64,000 bases of DNA. Origin: Thecamonas trahens ATCC 50062 (Eukaryota; Protista; Apusomonadida). The notes beneath the pieces are model-generated. The model saw only the letters and a list, made by a program, of their open reading frames with translations. It was not told the origin of the DNA and searched no databases. How positions within the stretch are numbered: position 1 is the stretch's first letter; each line of letters starts with the position of its first letter. A program made the position numbers and the translations under genes. The stretch covers positions 274,343 through 338,342 of the forward strand of contig NW_013657640.1 in the NCBI RefSeq assembly GCF_000142905.1, given 5' to 3'. Of this stretch, positions 42,273-52,694 are shown piece by piece.

Positions 42273-43971
42273 TTACTTCTTCTGCTTCTTGTTCTTCTTG
42301 GCCTTGGGGCGCTTGGGCATGGGCATGATGAAGGGGATAAAGTCCATGCCACCGAGGAACGGCTGCAGGACCTCGGGGACGCGAACACCGTCGTTGGTCT
42401 GGTAGTTCTCGAGGATGCAGCAGAGGGTGCGCGACGTGGCGGTGAGGGTCGAGTTGAGCATGTGGACGTACTTCTTGTTGCGAGCGCCCTGCTTCTTGAC
42501 GCCGCAGCGGACCTCGAGGTCGCGCGACTGGTAGTCGGTGCAGTTGGAGCACGAGACGAGCTCGCGGAAGGTTCCGAGGGTGGGGAACCAGGCCTCGAGG
42601 TCGTACTTCTTGGCGGCGGCGTTGTTGAGCTCACCCGAGACGATGGTGACGACCTGGTACGGGAGGCCGAGCGACTGGTAAAAGTCCTCCGAGGTGGCGA
42701 GCATCTCCTCGAGCATCTCCCACGACTCGTCGGGGGTGGTGAGGACAAACTGCTCGACCTTCTCGAACTGGTGGACGCGGAAGACACCCCAGGCGTCCTT
42801 GCCATGGGCGCCGGCCTCCTTGCGGAAGCACGTCGAGTAGCCGGCGTACTTGATGGGAAGGTCGGCCTCCTTGATCCACTCGTCCGAGTGGTAGGCGGAG
42901 ATGGGCTGCTCCGAAGTGGCGATGAGGTACTTCTCGTTGGCAGAGCCCTCATCAGCGTCGCCGACAACCTTGTACAGCGCCTCGTCAAAGTCCTCGAGCT
43001 GGGCAGTCTTGGACATCTGCGACTTGAGCATCATGAACGGGGTCTGCAGCGGCATGTACCCGCGGGCGCCGGCAAAGGCGATACCGTAGTTGATGATGGC
43101 CTGGTTAAGGAGGACCGCGGGGCCGGTGTAAAAGTACCCGCGGTGGCCCACAACCTTGGCGCCGCGCTCCGGGTCGTACCCGCCGATCATGCGGAGCAGC
43201 TCGTGGTGGTGCTTGAGGAGGGTCACGCCCTCGGGCGCCTCAAACTTGCCCCACGTCTTGACAACCTCGTTGTGGACCTCATCGGAGGCCACAGGCACGG
43301 AATCGTGCACAATGTTACCGATGGTCTTGAGGACAGAGTCACGCGCGAGGGCAAGCTCGGCCAGCTCGGCCTCCTTCTTGCCCACCTCGATCATCAGCGC
43401 CTTGCGCTGTGCGATCTCCTCATCCGCAGACTCCTTAGCCTTGCGCTTGGTGGTGATCGCACCCTGGATGACACCAGCCTCGCGGCGCATGTCGTCGATC
43501 TTCCCGCGGACTGTCATCCTCCACGACAAACACTCGTGAGTCTCCCGTCCACTCTGTCTACCTCGGCACCACCCGGCCATTGCCACGACCAGCACCATGA
43601 CTGGCCTCTATCATATCACGTCACATCACATCACACCACATCACGTACGGGCGCGCCACTCGGTATCACGAGCGATGACCTCATCAACAATCTCAACCGA
43701 CTTGTTACGGCGACGCTGCGACTCACGGATCTGTTCGTAGGCAGCGGTGTGTGTGAGTATGTGGGGAGGGGTAGGGGGGGGAGGAGGAGGAGGAGGGACA
43801 GTGTGCGGAATTTTCATCCCACGTCATGGAGGGCAGGGGCAGGGTAGGGAGGGGAATGAGGGGGGACGGGGGGGGGGAGGGGATAGGGGAAGGGAGGGAG
43901 AGAGGGAGCAAGGGGCATACCTTCTCGGGCTCACCGCCCTGGTCCTCGCGGAACATGACAATGTCGAGCAT
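42273..43971 (-). CDS. SARS1: Cytosolic seryl-tRNA synthetase; complement(join(42273..43510,43649..43730,43921..43971))
   Basis: MLDIVMFREDQGGEPEK|IRESQRRR...EWRA-L|RGKID with GT-AG introns in frame. Motifs YLIATSEQP, FRKEAG, FRVHQFEKVEQF and ELVSCSNCTDYQSR. Confidence 0.96.
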
Positions 43972-44320
43972 GGTGGGTGGTGCGACAAATGGTGGCGGGG
44001 ACGGCGCGAGGGGGATCCGTGGCGGTTTGGGTGGAGGGCGGGCGAGGAAGCCTTGGAGAAGGGTGGCGCTTCGATGGATGATGAGGGTATGGTTAAAGGG
44101 TGCCGAGTGCAGAGGGGGAAGGGGAGGGAGGGAGAGCAACGTGATGAGCAGGTGATGGGGTGGGGGTTGGCGATGGAGGGGGTGTGGGTGGAGCATCGCT
44201 GTCGTCGCGGCTGTCGTCGCGGCTGTCGCGGATGGCGATGATGGCGGGTGATGATGGCGGGTGCACTGCGATCTCATGTGTGCTCGACGTGGAATGGAGG
44301 TTGCGGGTTGCAAGTCGTGG

Positions 44321-45475
44321 TTACTGGCTACTGGCGGGGGCAGTGTTGCCGACAGTGCGGAGCTCGTCGCGCGTGTGGGCAAAGTTGCAGGACGACGGGT
44401 TGGAGCATGCGCCGCCGTTGAGGACAGCCTTGCACATCCGAGTCTTATACGAGGGGTGCTGGCGGATTTCGGATGGATGGTGGGCAAAGGGACAGTCGTT
44501 GCTGCGCGGGCACGGCTCGCCGCGCTCGACCATCTTGCACATCCGGGTCTTGAACGCCTTGGCCTCGCGCCGCTGCTTGTAGCCATCATCGTCGTGCGGC
44601 GTGGCGCGCTGGCTCCGTCCTCGGTCGCGATCACCACGGTCGCGGTCGTAGCCACGGCTGCGGTCGTAACCGCGGTCGCGGCCATGGCCCCGGTCGCGGT
44701 TGTGGCCGCGGTCGTAGCCACGGTCGGCCGGTGGATATGCCGGGCGGCGGAGGTCACGGTCGCGCGAGCGCGATCTCGCGCGTGGCGGTGGCAGCGGTGG
44801 CGCAGGCGAGCGGCCGCGGTCGCCAAGCCGATCGAGGACCGACGGGCGGGTGGGTGGCGGGAGTGGGTCGTCGCGGGGTGCAGGCGGCGGATATGCGTCA
44901 CGGTTCCGGTTCCGGTCGCCGCGCGGCTCTTCATCATGCGAGTACTGCGGGCGGGCGTAGCTCTCGCGACCGCGATCACGGGCACGATCGTCGTCGTAGC
45001 CGCGAGGGCGGTCGTAGTCGCGAGGGCGGTCGTAGTCGCGAGGGCGGTCGTAGTCACGGTGGCGGTCGTAGTCGCGAGGGCGGTCGTAGTCGCGGGGGCG
45101 GTCGTAGTCGCGGGGGCGGTCGTAGTCGCGGGGGCGGTCGTAGTGGCGAGGGCGGGCGTAGTCACGGCGGTCGTCGTGGCGCGGGCCGCGATGGCGATCA
45201 TCGGCTCGAGGAGGATACTCACGAGGACGAGGATTAGGATCACGAGGACGAGGATTAGGATCACGAGGCCGAGGGTGGTCACGGCGACCAGAATAGTCAG
45301 CAGGATGGCCAGCATGGTCTCTGGCTTCTTGGTCATGAGCATGGGGAGCAGGCGGGAGTGTGCTGAGGTAGGCCTCGCCGTCGGCAGAGGCGCCCGTCTG
45401 AGAAAGAGCCTGGCCCGAGGGAGAGGCATGAGGAGTGTCATCATGGGCATGCGGAGGTGGCTCTGGAGTGGACAT
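44321..45475 (-). CDS. Tandem CCCH zinc-finger RNA-binding protein with an RDYDRP repeat region
   Basis: FKTRMC-x8-C-x5-C-x3-H and YKTRMC-x8-C-x5-C-x3-H with ZFP36/TIS11-type lead-ins; 18-bp coding repeat at about 44990-45165. Confidence 0.88.
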   Translation of the reverse strand: MSTPEPPPHAHDDTPHASPSGQALSQTGASADGEAYLSTLPPAPHAHDQEARDHAGHPADYSGRRDHPRPRDPNPRPRDPNPRPREYPPRADDRHRGPRHDDRRDYARPRHYDRPRDYDRPRDYDRPRDYDRPRDYDRHRDYDRPRDYDRPRDYDRPRGYDDDRARDRGRESYARPQYSHDEEPRGDRNRNRDAYPPPAPRDDPLPPPTRPSVLDRLGDRGRSPAPPLPPPRARSRSRDRDLRRPAYPPADRGYDRGHNRDRGHGRDRGYDRSRGYDRDRGDRDRGRSQRATPHDDDGYKQRREAKAFKTRMCKMVERGEPCPRSNDCPFAHHPSEIRQHPSYKTRMCKAVLNGGACSNPSSCNFAHTRDELRTVGNTAPASSQ

Positions 45476-45712
45476 GGAGGTAGTGGTGGTAGTGGTGGTG
45501 GAGTGGTTGGCTCCTCCGGGCGTCAGGAGGGGTGGTGGCGAGGGAAGGGCACGACGACGACGACGACGACGATGACAACGACGACGACGACGACGACGAC
45601 GACGACAACGACACACCATACCCATACCACCCACCACGCCACTCCCCCCCTCCCCCCCCCTCCCACCCCACCCCCTTCACCCCACCCCCTTCACCCCCTA
45701 CCACACCACACC

Positions 45713-46087
45713 ATGCCTCTCACAGTCATCCTGGCTACCGCTGGCTACGACCATACCATTCGCTTTTGGGAGCCGTCGGGCACCTGCCACCGGACGCTGC
45801 AGCACCCGGACTCGGTACGGACCAGGAAGGGAGGGGGAGGGGAGGGGGAGGGGGAGGGGGAGGGATGGGGAGGGGACTTACATGGTGTGTGTGTGTGTAT
45901 CTGTATATGTGTGTGTGTGTGTGGGTACGGGGATGTGTTTATGGTGTGCGTGTGTGCCTCGCTCTCTCTGCGTATTGGTCTGTGTTCGCCTGTGTCTCTG
46001 GTATGTGTACGCATCCGTATGCAACGGCTGGGAATTGGGAATATTGGGTGGACTTGTAATGGTTGGTACTGCTGCTGCTGCTGCTGC

Positions 46088-46130
<43 letters not shown>

Positions 46131-47039
46131 GATGATGATGCACTTGCTGATGGGGATGTGATGGCTGTGTTTGACGCACAGCAAGTCAATGCGCTGTCGA
46201 TCACGCCGGACCGGGAGCATATTGCGGCGGCGGGCAACCCGTCGATCCGCATGTACGAGGTCCACACACAGCATCCGAACCCAGTGACATCGTACGATGG
46301 CCACACTGGGAACGTGACGGCTGTCGGCTTTCATTCTGAGTGCAACTGGATGTACACGGCGTCAGAGGATGGGTCGCTCAAGATCTGGGACCTCCGCGCC
46401 TCGGGCTGCCAGCGTAACTACGACGTTGGCGCCGCGGTCAACCACGCCATCCTCCACCCGAACCAGGGCGAGCTGCTCACCGCCGACCAGGACGGGAACC
46501 TCTCGGTCTTTGACCTCGTCGCCGACAAGTGCGTCTTCTCTGACACGAGCTCGGCCGGAACCGCTCTGCGTTCCGTTGCCGTCGACCCCGACGGCGTCTC
46601 GGTTGTCACTGCCAACAACTCGGGCGATGTGCACGTGTACTCTGCGTCGCCGACAGAGTCCGGCTTCTACGGCCTCGCCTCCAAGTTCTCTGCACACGAC
46701 ACTTACGTTCTCAAGGTCCTTTTCTCGCCGCACGGCTCCACCCTCGCCACCGCCTCGGCCGACAAGACCATCAAGCTCTGGTCCGTCGCCTACGACGCCG
46801 ACGACGTCGCGTCCTTTGAGCTGTCGCAGACCCTCGTCGGCCACAAGCGCTGGGTCTGGGACTGCGTCTTCTCGGCAGACTCGGCTTACATCGCCTCGGC
46901 CTCATCTGACCAGGTCGCCCGCCTCTGGAACGTCGCCCAGGGCGAGACCATCCGCCAGTACGCCAAGCATCACAAGGCCGTCTGCGCCATTGCGCTCAAC
47001 GACGCCGCCGCTGAGGATGTGCCCTCTCCAAGCTCGTAA
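45713..47039 (+). CDS. LST8: TOR complex subunit LST8 (WD40); join(45713..45814,46182..47039)
   Basis: VILATAGYDHTIRFWE...QHPDS|QVNALSITPD; GHKRWVWDCVFSADSAY. Confidence 0.96.
46068..46140. repeat. (CTG)n(TTG)n(GAT)n compound microsatellite in the LST8 intron
   Basis: Visible tandem repeat. Confidence 0.85.
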
Positions 47040-47050
47040 ACTACCTTTAC

Positions 47051-49812
47051 TCACCGCACGCCAAACTTGGCGCGCTGCCGCTCGCGGATGCCCACAAACC
47101 GCCGCGCACACTCGTCCCGCGCCTCTCCCACGCCCGCAGCACGGCCCTTAAGCACAGCATATAGGTGCGCCCGCTCAACACGATCGCGCCCAGTTCCACT
47201 TCCCGCCGCAGCCGCCAGCGCCTCGGTCTCTGCCAGCGAGTGGTAAGACGCCACGAGCGTATCAGAGTCAAGCTGGTGAAGCTCAACGAGTGAGCCCACA
47301 AGCGCGGATGCCCGCCGCAGTCGGCCCACCCCGAGCCCCTCGCCAGAGGCGTGAAACAGGTCTTCGGCAGCATCGCGGAGCGCACACACCGCGCCCAGAA
47401 CCTCGGCATCAACAGCAATGCCACGCCCAGCGCGTCCGTCGCGGCCGCCAGGCACCAAAACCGCATACAGCACCGCATTCACACTGACCCACGTCGCCGC
47501 AAGGAGGCCGTCAAACACCCGCGCCCGTGCTGCGTCTACCCAGGCCTCGAGATGCGCGTCCAAGATGGAACATCCAGCTCGAGCCAGCGTTGCTGGTGCG
47601 ACGCGCTCGTCGCCTAGCCCCACACCAACCAGCGCGCACAGTGCCTGTGCACATGGCCAAGCTGCCACCCGCATCGCCCGCCGCCGCAACGGTGCAAGCT
47701 CGCCGAGCGTCGCCTCGAGCGCCATGGCCGCCTCGGGCAGCGCAGCTTTGTCGTCCAACTCGCCCCAAGCGCGTTCACAAGCTCGTTGAGCTTGCTCCGA
47801 CTCCCATCAATGTTGTTGAGCGCCACAATGGCCGGCAGCGACTCGTCAAGCAGAGCCACCATTCCTGGCAGTAGAGCAATGGCGTCGTCTCCGCCAGCTG
47901 CATGCGCCAGCGCCGCCGGACCTGTAGCGAGTGCGACGGCATCAGCACCGATGTTAGAAGCAGCGGCAGCGGCTGCAGCAGCAGCCTTCTTGGCTTTGCG
48001 GCCAGAGGCCTTTGCATGTCTCGCGCGTGCAACAGCCACGTCCAGGCACCCGACCATCCACTCGCGTGGCGCGTCAGCATACGCATGCGCAGCATCGTGA
48101 GGCGCAGCCGCAGGCACCACTGCCCGCGCCATCGCGTTGACATACCCAACAAGCGCATCGTGGATGAGCGCTGCCAGATCGCGCTGGACTGAGCTTGTCA
48201 CCAGGCGCGCGTGCTTGCGGAGCGGCGCGAGTGCCTGGTCGACAAGACACCACAGGTCAATGAACGACGACGAGGTCGTGACCTGTCCGCCCGGATCGAC
48301 CGGCGTCAGCGTGTCGGCCAGCAGTGCAGACGTTGTCCACTCGGCGATTTGTGCGCGTGTGGCCTCGATCCACACGTGGAGCAGCGGCGCAAGGAGATGT
48401 GGGAGTGTCTCGCGCCAGGTGCTCGCTCGCTGCTCCTCGACCGCCGCCAGTGCCGCCCACTCTGCCGAGGCCCGAGCGTCGTGCGCCAGCGCCGACTCAG
48501 CGTCGGCCTTTGCGTTCGCCATGGCGCTCTCAAGCGCTGCTGCTGCGAGCAGGACGTCGCAGCCGTCGTGGGCTGCAGCCGCCGGATGACTCGGGTCCAG
48601 CGCAAGGAGGCCGTCCGCCAGCGCAGCGTCGAGCGCAGCGTCGAGCGCCGCCACTACCACGCGAATCTCCAGCGGCTGAAGATTCGCACCTGCAGCAGCG
48701 GCAAGAGATCGGACCAGCACGCTGACGTGTACCAGCGCAGCGGCAGCCGAGCCGAGCGGCGAGATGCGGCCGGCCGGTGGCGCGAGCTGCAGCGCGAGGT
48801 ACTCGGTGAGCGGCGCGGCGAGGGCGGCGACAAGATCGAGCCATGCCCGCACAAGAGCAGACGCTGGATCACGCTTGCTCCCCGCTCCATCCGCGTCGGC
48901 AAGCCGGACTGCTGCCGCGGTTGTGACAACGAGCGTCGTGAGCGAGGGCAGAGCAGTGAGCGGGAGGGCGGCGGCGGCGGCACGGACAGCGTCGCCGAGC
49001 ACAAGCCGCGCCCGGGCATGGGCAGCGTGAAGGAGCTTGAGGGCATGTGGCAGCAGGCTTTCCTGACTGCGAAGCAAGCCAGAAACCAGCGAGGTGACGG
49101 CGTCGAGGACCGCAAACGGCGCGTCCCACGCTACCGCCGGGAGCAGCGACGGCGCGGCGGCGGCAAAGGCGGCGGCGGCAGGCACCGCCAGCGCCACCAC
49201 CAGCTCGTCGACCAGCCATGAAAGCGCCGGTATTTCCGCTCCAAGGTCACACACGAGGGAAGCGAGAAAGCGGACTACCGCCACCGGCTCGTGCGCTTGC
49301 GCAGGCGGCTCCTCGTCGCCGCCGACGTCCTCGTCGTTGTCGTCGGCCTCACCGCGCTCCGGATCGTAGCGCCGGAGCAGCGCACGGGCGAGCTTGCGGG
49401 CGCCCGGTGCTGCCGGGCTGGAGTCTGTGCCGAGGATAGAATTGCCAGCGAGACATCTGCGAGCGGCAGCGACGATGGCATCGGTGAAGGCCTCCGCGCC
49501 GAGTGCGGCGATGGCGGCGGTTGGTGCGCTGGCGTCTTCGGCGATGACGTTGCCGGCAGCTGCAGCCAGCATCGGCACGATGACACCCTTGTGCGCCGCC
49601 GAAAACGAGTACTCGCCCGACGTGGAGGAGTTCGGCGCGTGACGATGCCCTGCGGCTGCTCTCGGCCACAGCACGGCATCGAGGATGAGATTGAGCGCAA
49701 GCGGCGCCACATCGATCAGTGCCGACTCCTCCACGGCGCCTGGCTCACTTGCTGCAACCGTGTGAGACGACGGCAGCGGTGGGAGTCTTCGACTCTTTCT
49801 CTTGGCGGACAT
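47051..49812 (-). CDS. MUN-domain (Munc13 homology/CATCHR) protein; apparent frameshift near 47765
   Basis: WIEATRAQIAEWTTSALLADTLTP...TSSSFIDLW and VALNNID match MHD1. The frame continues in ORF 47051..47758 if one G is added. Confidence 0.7.
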
Positions 49813-50047
49813 GCCAGCAGTGCCGCGATAAGAATGTGTCTCTGTGAGAGCACCAGATCGCAATCTGGCGCGAGAGAGATGAGCCCCGTTCGACCCCAAA
49901 AGCTCACACACAGTGCGACTCGGGTCAGCCACCGGCAGCCGTAGTTGCCAGCGGCCACAAGCGCCACCCGCTGCACATACCCCTCTCTGCCGCTCACACC
50001 CACTCACCCCCCACCCCACCACTCACCTCCCCACCCCCTCCACCAAC

Positions 50048-51918
50048 ATGACCACACCAGGGACGAGTTCATCATCTCCCGCATCACACTGCTGGCCAAG
50101 GGTCCTGCGGTAGGTACCCCCCCCCCCCCCCCCCCTGGACTTTAGCAATATGGCGACCTCAAGCTCCACCCGGCTGGGGTGGCTTGGCGGTCGGCGTCGA
50201 CGGAGCGTGTGGTGACAGTCAAGGTCGCCTCCATCCAGCGGTTGGAGTGGCTCCGGGCAGGCAGGGAGTTTACCCTCTGCATTAGCGTCCGTGGCGGGTC
50301 TGTTGTCCGGCTGGGCGGGTTCAAGGAGGCGGACGTGGGCGTTCTCCGTGCCCATGTGGAAAAGCACTTTGGTGTCGAGCTCGAGGAGGACACGGTCTCG
50401 GCTCGAGGCATCAACTGGGGCGAGCTCGGTGTGGCGTCCAAGATGGTCAACCTGCGTGCGCCGGACGGGAGCCTCATTCTCTCGCTCCCGCTGGGAGACG
50501 TGGCACAGGCTGTGGTTCAGGGCCGCAAGTCGGACGAGCTTGTCTTTGACTTTCACCAGGACGACTCGGAGATGCCGATCGAGGTCATGCAGCGGATCGC
50601 GTTCACCATTCCGGCGTCTGTCGACGAGAACGGCGAGGAGGTTGCGAGCGGGGCCGAGCGGGCGGCCGCACTGCGGAAACAGGTTGTGGAGGAAGGCGAT
50701 CTGGAGCTGGCGTCTGGCGCCGCGCTCTGCACGCTCGAGCAGATGCAGCTCAAGACGCCGCGCGGCCGGTTCACCTTTGAGATGTACAGCAAGTTCATGA
50801 TTCTTCGTGGCCGGGCGCAGGACCACAAGATCATGTACTCGACGGTGACTCGGCTGTACCTTCTCCCGCCGCCCGACGAGAAGTCTGTTGTGCTTGTCAT
50901 CTCGCTCGACCCGCCGATCCGCCAGGGCCAGACCCGGTACCCGCACTTGCTGGTCTCGTTCAAGACCTCGGACTCGATCTCGGTCTCGCTCAACATGACG
51001 CAGGACGAAATCAACGAGCGGTTTACCAAGTTCACGACCGAGCCGCTCGAGCCCGAGATGAGTGGCGCCATTTTCGAGGTTGTCCCACTCATCATCAAGC
51101 ACTTTGTCGGCCGGACCATTGCTGCGCCAAGCTCGCAGGACGGGTTCTTTGCCAGCGACGGCTCCAAGGCGGTCCGCTGCTCCGTCGGCGCCTCGGATGG
51201 GCTCCTCTTCCCGCTCGCCCGCTCCATGTTCTTCATCCACAAGCCCGCGCTCTACATCCGCTTCTCCGAGATCACCTCGGTCGAGTTTGCCCGTGTCGAC
51301 GACGCATCGTCCAAGAAGGTCTCTAAGACCTGCGACCTCGTGGTCCACACCAAGAGCGGCACCTCGCACTCGTTCATCAACATTCCTCGCGCCGACTACC
51401 AGAACCTTTACAACTATCTCAACACGGCAGGCGTCAAGGTCAGCTCGGTCTCGATCGCTCCGCAGGCCTCCAACTCGTTTGTGCCCATGGACGAAATCGA
51501 CCTCGGCGTCGACGACGGCGTCCCTGGCGGCCTCGACTCGGAGGACGAGGACGAGGACTTCCAGGCCTCCGAGTCAGGCACCGACTCGTTCGAGTTTGCC
51601 TCGGACGACCTCTCCGAGCCCGAGTCGGATGACGATGACGATGCCAAGGCAAAGTCCAAGTCCAAGTCCAAGAAGAAGAAGAAGAAGAAGAAGAAGAAGG
51701 CCAAGCGGTCTCGCTCAGACTCGGATGACGACGATTTGGCTGCCGCCGGCAACAGCGGCGACGCCAACGACGACGACGATGCTGCTGTCAACAACGACGA
51801 TGCCGCTGCCTCGTCGCTGCAGCCACCTGCCAAGAAGGCCAAGACGACTACGGCTGCTGCTGCTGCTGGCTCGGACGAAGACGATCTCTTTGGCTCGGTC
51901 TCCGAGTCGGCCGAGTAA
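50048..51918 (+). CDS. SSRP1: FACT complex subunit SSRP1/Pob3 without an HMG box; intron 50110..50145, probable indel near 50062
   Basis: Motifs RGINWG, TPRGRF, SLDPPIRQGQTRYPHL and GLLFPL...FIHKP, then an acidic/basic tail. Exon 1 DEFIISRITLLAKGPA splices to QYGDLKL. Confidence 0.93.
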
Positions 51919-52694
51919 ACCCAACCCATGTGGCTCCCTTCTTCTTCCCCTTCCATGTGCTGGCTCCTGTTCTCTGCGCCTCTACGTCGACTCGGGTTTA
52001 TTTTCCGCACCTCCTTCCCTCGTGCTGGCCAGTCCACTTTGGCATCCAAAACCAAAGGGGCAACTCCCGGTCAGATCGGCACCCCTCTCTTTCTTTCTTC
52101 GGAAAGGTAGGTATCATTCGTTGGCTGCTACACGCAGCCACGCCGCCATGTCTCTCCCCCCCCCCCCCCCCTCCCCAGCGCGTTCCCACCGGCGATACTC
52201 GCGACCGCTTTACACCGCAGACTATCGATAGCAAGCGCCACGCCGTGCCTCTGCCCCCCCTGCTTGCCGCCTAGCTCGGCTTTTCGCCTTGGCTACCCCC
52301 CAGCAGGTCGCACAGGAGGGATGCCTGAATTTGTTGTTTTTCGAGCGAGAGCGTGACGCTCAGGCGACGCCTCGCGGCGCAGGTGTGGCGGCCCAGACGA
52401 GAGCTTCTTGAGCGCTCCGCGCAAGTATTTTGTAGTCTTAGGTCAAGCAAAGCCCTACGCCATGCTTTGCCGCCACACCTAACCACTTGCTGCGTCTGTA
52501 GCTTGCAGGTGGCATGGGCTGGAGCGTGCACGGGCGGCGACAGGCGCGTGAGGCTCGTTTTTCGGCCGTTGTGACCGGTTCGCCAGAAACTGAGCGTTTC
52601 GGGCGAATTTTGCGAGGACGGACGGGGCAAGCAGGCACTCACCTTTGCCAGCCACCGACACAGTGTTCTGAGAAGAAGTAGTTTACAAGTCAAC

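Noticed and set aside
44990-45270. Regular short repeats as a CRISPR-like array
   Set aside because: They are in-frame coding tandem repeats with no unique spacers, in a eukaryotic gene.
12711-47039. Akt-like kinase and LST8 as a TOR-pathway gene cluster
   Set aside because: They are about 31 kb apart with many unrelated genes between them; chance linkage is sufficient.
12170-50065. Frame breaks near 12175, 23772, 35833, 37475, 47765 and 50062 as programmed frameshifting, RNA editing or pseudogenes
   Set aside because: Each is fixed by adding or removing one base in a short G or A run, and one affects an essential gene (SSRP1). Homopolymer sequencing error is the simplest explanation; raw reads would settle it.
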